From: Actinomycetota bacterium
GTDB lineage: Bacteria > Actinomycetota > Actinomycetes > S36-B12
Length of the DNA stretch: 32,796 bases
Reading direction: 5' to 3'
NCBI GenBank assembly: GCA_041183645.1
Contig: JBEGLG010000113.1
Span: forward strand, 1 to 32,796
The notes beneath the pieces are model-generated. The model worked only from the letters and a program-made list of their open reading frames with translations. It was not told where the DNA came from and made no database searches. This document shows positions 27,235 through 32,796 of this stretch, one piece after another (the stretch's first letter is position 1; every line of letters starts with the position of its first letter). The translations under genes and the position numbers were made by a program.

Positions 27235-27597
27235 ATGCGAGTGTCGTATGTCGTGCTGTACGTGAATGATGCGGAGCTGTGCCGTCGATTCTGGCTAGAC
27301 CAAGTCGGGATGATCGAGAAGGACCGCAAGCAGGCCGGCGACTTCACGATCGTTCAAGTCGGCTTCGCGGATCAGGACTTTGCCTTCGAACTGGTTCCGT
27401 TGGCCCTGATGGCCGACAATCCCTACGGTCTCGATCTTGCTACGCCCTCCATCGCCCTGCATGCCGATGACCTGGAGACGACTCGAGCGCACTTGATCGA
27501 GCATGGCGTGGAGGCAATGGAGATCGGCGACCATGGCGGAGTGATGAGCTTCGCCTTCAGTGATCCCGAGGGTCGCTGGTTCGCTGTCACGAGCTGA
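27235..27597 (+). CDS. VOC (glyoxalase/bleomycin-resistance/dioxygenase) family protein
   Basis: MRVSYVVLYVNDAELCRRFWLDQVGM...FSDPEGRWFAV is the typical single-module VOC pattern. GAAAGG SD before ATG 27235; the ORF-track GTG start at 27205 is less likely. Confidence 0.72.
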   Translation: MRVSYVVLYVNDAELCRRFWLDQVGMIEKDRKQAGDFTIVQVGFADQDFAFELVPLALMADNPYGLDLATPSIALHADDLETTRAHLIEHGVEAMEIGDHGGVMSFAFSDPEGRWFAVTS

Positions 27598-27601
27598 CGC
27601 A

Positions 27602-27629
27602 TGGAGCGGGTGACGGGATCCGTCGCTCC
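27602..27629 (-). repeat. Degenerate copy of the 3' end of tRNA-Gly (att-like scar / tRNA fragment)
   Basis: Minus strand GGAGCGaCGGaTC-----CCGTCACCCGCTCCA compared with the tRNA 3' part GGAGCGCGGGTTCGATTCCCGTCACCCGCT. On the plus strand, 15 identical nt GAGCGGGTGACGGGA occur at 27604-27618 and 27717-27731. The copy carries CCA; the functional gene does not. Confidence 0.6.
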
Positions 27630-27671
27630 GCTACCGCGAAGCTCCTCCCGATTCCCGACAACTCTTCGGGT

Positions 27672-27717
27672 CGAATAGTGAAGGCCCCCGAGAACCTTCG
27701 GGGGCCTTCACTATTCG
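27672..27717. terminator. 20-bp perfect hairpin abutting the tRNA 3' end (bidirectional terminator-like)
   Basis: CGAATAGTGAAGGCCCCCGA-gaacct-TCGGGGGCCTTCACTATTCG, ending 1 nt from the tRNA-Gly discriminator base. Confidence 0.7.
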
Positions 27718-27788
27718 AGCGGGTGACGGGAATCGAACCCGCGCTCCAACCTTGGGAAGGTTGTGTGATGCCATTTCACTACACCCGC
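27718..27788 (-). tRNA. tRNA-Gly (anticodon CCC)
   Basis: Minus strand GCGGGTG-TA-GTGA-AATGGCA-TCAC-A-CAACC-TTCCCAA-GGTTG-GAGC-GCGGG-TTCGATT-CCCGT-CACCCGC-T folds into a full cloverleaf of 71 nt. CCA is not encoded. Confidence 0.9.
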
Positions 27789-27804
27789 GAGGTGCAGGGA
27801 GATA

Positions 27805-28371
27805 CTACCGAGAGGCGTTGATGGTCTTCGTGAGTGCCGTCAACTGGGTACCCACGGCCGCGAACTTCGCCAGTTTTGCGTCGGCGTCGCGCTTGGCTCC
27901 GAAGGCCTCGAATAGGCCGAGCTTCGGCTGAAGGATCGGCGTCACCTGATTCAGTGCTGCCAGTGCTCGATCATGCGAGGACGTGAAGGCTCGTTCGGCC
28001 GCTCGCGAGGCGGCGAGAACCTTGGTCTTGCTCGCGCCGGAGGCGGCCAGCGACGCGGTGAGTGCGGTGGCGTTCTTCACACCTTCGAGACTGGAATCTG
28101 CCTGGGCAATCAGCGACTTGGCCTGGCCCAACTCGGCCTCGCTGAGTCGATCCCCGTAGTCGCGCACATAGCTGGCCAGCAGGTCGTTCAGGTCTGCGCG
28201 GAAGGCGACGACCGCCTTGGCAGCAGCGGCCGAGGCCTTCACCGACGTCGCATTCACTCCTGCATGAACGATCACCGCGGCCGAGGCTGTCGGGGCGAAT
28301 GCAGGAACGAGGGCTGTGGCGAGAGCAGCGCACAGGGCGGCACTGCAAACGGCTCGGGTGATTCGGCGCAT
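27805..28371 (-). CDS. Secreted Ala-rich alpha-helical protein, function unknown
   Basis: Signal peptide MRRITRAVCSAALCAALATALVPAFAPTASA. The remainder is low-complexity Ala/Leu/Lys-rich and predicted helical. No recognisable domain and no clear SD. Confidence 0.55.
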   Translation of the reverse strand: MRRITRAVCSAALCAALATALVPAFAPTASAAVIVHAGVNATSVKASAAAAKAVVAFRADLNDLLASYVRDYGDRLSEAELGQAKSLIAQADSSLEGVKNATALTASLAASGASKTKVLAASRAAERAFTSSHDRALAALNQVTPILQPKLGLFEAFGAKRDADAKLAKFAAVGTQLTALTKTINASR

Positions 28372-28432
28372 GGGTCCATTGGACCACGTGAAAGCGAATG
28401 CTCCTGCACGGGTCGGTCGTCGACTTTCGCGC

Positions 28433-28438
28433 TAGCCT
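28433..28438 (+). promoter_or_regulatory. -10-like TANNNT box (TAGCCT) 6 nt upstream of ATG 28445 (leaderless-type promoter)
   Basis: TAGCCT-CCTGTC-ATG, no SD. Confidence 0.4.
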
Positions 28439-28444
28439 CCTGTC

Positions 28445-28837
28445 ATGGAGCAGCGCAACGTACTCGGCGGATCACTTGAGGTCTGCAGTCTCGAGCCGCT
28501 GACGGGTTTCTACCGCGATGGCTACTGCAACACCGGCCCCGATGACATCGGTTCGCACACTGTGTGCGCGGTCGTCACGGCTGATTTCCTCGCGCACCAG
28601 GCTCTGATCGGCAATGACCTCTCCACGCCCATGCCGCAGTACGGATTCCCCGGACTCCAGCCGGGTGACCAGTGGGGGGTATGCGCCGGGCGCTGGCTGC
28701 AGAGCTTCGAGGCGGGCGTTGCCGCACCGGTCGTCCTTCGGGCTACCAATGAGGCGGCGCTGGAGTTCGTTCCCCTGGACGCCCTCGTGGATTCGGCCGC
28801 AGATGCCCCCGATGACCTTTCGGGGCTATTGCCGTAA
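28445..28837 (+). CDS. DUF2237 family protein
   Basis: NVLGGSLEVCSLEPLTGFYRDGYCNTGPDDIGSHTVCAVVTADFL is the conserved DUF2237 N-terminal Cys-containing block. Confidence 0.75.
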   Translation: MEQRNVLGGSLEVCSLEPLTGFYRDGYCNTGPDDIGSHTVCAVVTADFLAHQALIGNDLSTPMPQYGFPGLQPGDQWGVCAGRWLQSFEAGVAAPVVLRATNEAALEFVPLDALVDSAADAPDDLSGLLP

Positions 28838-28857
28838 CCGTCGCATCTGCGGGCGAG

Positions 28858-28863
28858 TAATCT
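28858..28863 (+). promoter_or_regulatory. -10-like TANNNT box (TAATCT) 6 nt upstream of GTG 28870 (leaderless-type promoter of dcd)
   Basis: TAATCT-CGTCCC-GTG, no SD. Confidence 0.4.
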
Positions 28864-28869
28864 CGTCCC

Positions 28870-29445
28870 GTGCTGCTTTCAGATCGCGATATCAAGGCCG
28901 AGATTGCCGCGGGCCGTGTTGCCCTCGAGCCCTACACCGAGGCGATGATCCAGCCGTCGAGCATCGACGTGCGCCTGGATCGCTGGTTCCGGGTATTCGA
29001 GAATCACAAGTACCCGTACATCGACCCGAGCCAGGAGCAGCCTGACCTGACCCGCATGATCGAGCCCGAAGGCGACGAGCCCTTCGTGCTGCATCCGGGC
29101 GAGTTCGTGCTGGGCTCGACCTTCGAGGTCGTCAGCCTTCCCGATGATGTTGCCGGCCGACTGGAGGGCAAGAGCTCGCTGGGTCGCCTTGGCCTCCTCA
29201 CTCACTCGACCGCAGGCTTCATCGACCCGGGATTCTCCGGTCACGTGACCCTTGAACTGTCGAATGTCGCGAACCTGCCGATCGTGCTGTACCCCGGAAT
29301 GAAGATCGGCCAGCTGTGCCTGTTCCGCCTGTCGTCGCCGGCCGAGCACCCCTACGGCTCGGAGAAGTACGGCTCGCGTTACCAGGGTCAGCGTGGACCG
29401 ACGCCGTCGCGCTCGTACGCGAACTTCCATCGCACCCAGGTGTGA
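28870..29445 (+). CDS. dcd: dCTP deaminase (actinobacterial type, probably bifunctional dCTP deaminase-dUTPase)
   Basis: [22 protein letters not shown]...[11 protein letters not shown]...GEFVLGST.E....[36 protein letters not shown] is the canonical Dcd sequence. Confidence 0.93.
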   Translation: MLLSDRDIKAEIAAGRVALEPYTEAMIQPSSIDVRLDRWFRVFENHKYPYIDPSQEQPDLTRMIEPEGDEPFVLHPGEFVLGSTFEVVSLPDDVAGRLEGKSSLGRLGLLTHSTAGFIDPGFSGHVTLELSNVANLPIVLYPGMKIGQLCLFRLSSPAEHPYGSEKYGSRYQGQRGPTPSRSYANFHRTQV

Positions 29446-29453
29446 TCACCCGC

Positions 29454-29497
29454 TCATGACGAAGGCCCCGCGGATATCCGCGGGGCCTTCGTCATGA
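29454..29497. terminator. Bidirectional terminator-like perfect palindrome
   Basis: TCATGACGAAGGCCCCGCGG-atat-CCGCGGGGCCTTCGTCATGA: 20-bp stem between the convergent stops of dcd (29445) and the Fe-S protein gene (29502). Confidence 0.8.
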
Positions 29498-29501
29498 AGA
29501 A

Positions 29502-31700
29502 CTACTTCTTGCTTGCCTCGAGCAGCAGCGTCGCGACATCGAGAACCTCGACGCCTTCGGCAACGCCCTCGGACTGACGAGCAGTCACGGCATCGTTCAG
29601 CATGACCGAGCAGAACGGGCAGCCGACGGCGATCTTCGATGCACCGGTGGCGATGGCCTCATCTCCGCGGTTCTTGTTGATCTGGGTGCCGATCTTCTCC
29701 TCCATCCACATGCGTGCGCCGCCAGCGCCGCAGCAGAAGGACTTGTCGCCGTGGCGAGGCATCTCGACCTTGGTCGCACCGGTCGACTCGATGAGCTCGC
29801 GCGGCGGGACGTAGACGTTGTTGTGACGGCCCAGGTAGCACGGGTCGTGGTACGTGACCGTGGTGCCGACCTCGGAGATCGGGGTGAGACGGCCTTCCTT
29901 CACCAGCTGATTGAGGAGTTCGGTGTGGTGCACGACCTCGTAGTTGCCGCCCAGCTGGGGGTACTCGCGCTTGAGGGTGTTGAGGCAGTGCGGGCAGGTC
30001 ACGACGATCTTGGTCGCCTTGATCTCGTTGAGCACCTCGACGTTCTGCATGGCCTGCATCTGGAAGAGGAACTCGTTGCCGGCACGACGTGCGGGATCAC
30101 CGGTGCAGGTCTCGCCCTCGCCGAGCACCATGAAGTTGACGCCTGCGATGTTGAGTAGCTCGGCGACATTCTTCGTGGTGCGCTTGGCGCGATCCTCGAA
30201 TGCACCGGCGCAGCCGACCCAGAACAGGTAGTCGACGTCAGCGGGAATCTCATCCTCGCCCTCCATGCCGAATACCTTGACCTCGAAGTCGACCTCGGCG
30301 ATCCAGGCATTGCGATCACTCGCATTCATGCCCCAGGGATTGCCCTTGTTCTCGATGTTCTTGAACAGGCCGTTGAGCTCGCTCGGGAAGTCGGTGGCGA
30401 TCATGACCTGGTTGCGGCGCATATCGGCGATGTGATCGATGTGCTCGATGTCGACCGGGCACTGGTTGACGCACGCGCCGCACATCGTGCACGACCAGAG
30501 AACGTCGTCGGCGATGATCGGCAGCTCGGCGCCGGTCGAGCGGTGACCGTCGAAGGTGTAGCCGTCCTCGGCAGCGTGATCGCTGCCCTCGCGCGAGCCG
30601 ATGAACGGGCGCATGACCTCGGTCTGCACGCTCTCGGGAAGCTTCGCGAGGACTTCCTCGTTCACCTCGCCGAGGCCGGGGTGAGTGCCCTTCGCTGCCT
30701 TCAGGTACGGAGCCTGCGCGAACATGGTGTCGCGCAGATCCATCATGAGCAGCTTGGGCGACAGCGGCTTCTCAGTGTTCCAGGCCGGGCACTGCGACTG
30801 GCAGCGACCGCACTCGGTGCACGCCATGAAGTCGACGTAGTTCTTCCAGGTGAAGTCACCGATATGACCCTTGCCGAATGATGCGTCGTCCGGCGGATCC
30901 TCGAAGTTGACCGGCTCGCCCTTGTAGTAGATCGGCAGCAGTGGGCCAAGCGCGTTCGGGCGGCGCGAGGTGTAGACGTTCACCGGTGCAGCACCGATGT
31001 GCAGATGCTTGGAGTTCAGCACGATGAGCAGGAAGCTCAGGATCACCAGGATCTGCAGCCAGATGCCGATCGTCTCGATCGCGACGAGCGTGCTCTCGGA
31101 GAGGCCGTTCATCCACGAGCCGACCCAGTCGGAGACGAATGCGCCGTTCTCGAACGGCAGGTTGCCGAGTGCCGACTGAGCGCCGCGGTAGAGGAACAGC
31201 GTCCAGACAACATTGAAGATCATGAAGAGAATCAGCCAGGCACCCTTGGTGTGCGAGCCGAAGAAGCGCGAGCGGCGGCCTTCCTTCGACGGATCATTCT
31301 TCGCGCGAATGAGGCCGAACATGATGATGCCGACCAGCACGAGCAGTGCGAAGAGATCCTCGGCGAAGCCGACGATGGCCCAGCTGCCGACGATCGGCAC
31401 GCCGAAGTCGGAGATGAACAGCGCGCCGTAGCACTCGAGAATCGTCAGGCCGAGAACGAGGAAGCCCCAGAAGGCGAAGACATGGGCGATGCCCGGGATG
31501 GTCCACTTCAGCAGCTTCTTCTGACCGAGCACCTCGAAGGCCTCGGCCTCGACGCGCTTCGGCACCCCCTTCAGCCGGCCGTAGGCGGGCTTGCCGCTTC
31601 CGGCCAGGGAGATGAGGAACCAGCTCCGGCGGGCGGCGAAGCCCAGGAGCACGACAGTGAGGGCAATGCCGACGACGGCACGAAGAACCATGGAATCCAC
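29502..31700 (-). CDS. Membrane-anchored (Fe-S)-binding oxidoreductase, HdrD/DsrMK-like (Rv0338c-like)
   Basis: N-terminal region of about 230 aa with 5-6 TM. Two ferredoxin-type motifs CTECGRCQSQCP and CTMCGACVNQCP. Two CCG-type Cys-rich domains (VGCAG...TC.GDP; CPHC; DPCYLGRH; CCGAGG; GCPFC). GTG 31700 is preceded by TAGTGT-N6. Confidence 0.85.
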   Translation of the reverse strand: MDSMVLRAVVGIALTVVLLGFAARRSWFLISLAGSGKPAYGRLKGVPKRVEAEAFEVLGQKKLLKWTIPGIAHVFAFWGFLVLGLTILECYGALFISDFGVPIVGSWAIVGFAEDLFALLVLVGIIMFGLIRAKNDPSKEGRRSRFFGSHTKGAWLILFMIFNVVWTLFLYRGAQSALGNLPFENGAFVSDWVGSWMNGLSESTLVAIETIGIWLQILVILSFLLIVLNSKHLHIGAAPVNVYTSRRPNALGPLLPIYYKGEPVNFEDPPDDASFGKGHIGDFTWKNYVDFMACTECGRCQSQCPAWNTEKPLSPKLLMMDLRDTMFAQAPYLKAAKGTHPGLGEVNEEVLAKLPESVQTEVMRPFIGSREGSDHAAEDGYTFDGHRSTGAELPIIADDVLWSCTMCGACVNQCPVDIEHIDHIADMRRNQVMIATDFPSELNGLFKNIENKGNPWGMNASDRNAWIAEVDFEVKVFGMEGEDEIPADVDYLFWVGCAGAFEDRAKRTTKNVAELLNIAGVNFMVLGEGETCTGDPARRAGNEFLFQMQAMQNVEVLNEIKATKIVVTCPHCLNTLKREYPQLGGNYEVVHHTELLNQLVKEGRLTPISEVGTTVTYHDPCYLGRHNNVYVPPRELIESTGATKVEMPRHGDKSFCCGAGGARMWMEEKIGTQINKNRGDEAIATGASKIAVGCPFCSVMLNDAVTARQSEGVAEGVEVLDVATLLLEASKK

Positions 31701-31706
31701 GAGGCG

Positions 31707-31712
31707 ACACTA
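31707..31712 (-). promoter_or_regulatory. -10-like TANNNT box (TAGTGT) 6 nt upstream of GTG 31700 (leaderless-type promoter)
   Basis: Minus strand reads TAGTGT-CGCCTC-GTG, no SD. Confidence 0.4.
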
Positions 31713-31798
31713 CTGCCGCCGTGGGGAGCGGACGAGGCCTAAAGCCGCCTGATGCCCCTATATAGGCGTGAGTCTGCCCACACGGCACGGCAACGTGA

Positions 31799-32796
<998 letters not shown>

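Overview
High-GC actinobacterial chromosomal segment (my guess is Micrococcales-like or another non-mycolate actinobacterium; not verifiable here). It is densely coding: 30 CDS plus one tRNA-Gly(CCC). I saw no transposase, integrase, phage gene, CRISPR array or rRNA. All calls rest on motifs I recognise by eye and on alignments to remembered reference sequences; no search was run.

Gene content, left to right:
- 3' end of a class-III aminotransferase.
- Minus-strand envelope operon: OafA-type acyltransferase-SGNH, then HAMP/PP2C phosphatase, then a secreted GH-A hydrolase.
- cydABDC (cytochrome bd plus CydDC), directly followed by a DosS/DevS-like heme-GAF histidine kinase.
- Convergent operon: mycothiol-type DinB protein, DosR/DevR-like regulator, small secreted protein.
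- C-N hydrolase, L,D-transpeptidase, CopD/CtaG fusion, FadE5-like acyl-CoA dehydrogenase.
- Compact decaprenyl-phosphoarabinose (DPA) operon: membrane protein, DPPR synthase, DprE1, DprE2.
- Translationally coupled P450 and limonene-epoxide-hydrolase pair.
- YihY-like and VOC genes with atypical codon usage, next to tRNA-Gly and a degenerate copy of the tRNA 3' end.
- Secreted Ala-rich protein, DUF2237, dcd, an Rv0338c-like membrane Fe-S reductase.
- A SAM methyltransferase that runs off the window and is missing from the ORF track.

Most interesting signal: a DosR-consensus palindrome (GGGAC-N4-GTCCC) sits in the cydA promoter region, the DosS-like kinase is the fifth cistron of that same operon, and the DosR-like regulator has a recognition helix identical to M. 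tuberculosis DosR. This suggests a gas/redox-sensing feedback circuit hard-wired to cytochrome bd.

Other notable points:
- DprE1 carries Ala where M. tuberculosis has the benzothiazinone-reactive Cys387.
- A TANNNT-N6-start signature recurs at six genes. It indicates leaderless transcripts and helps choose several start codons.
- Three convergent gene junctions have no room for a terminator.
- The tRNA-Gly locus carries an att-like scar.
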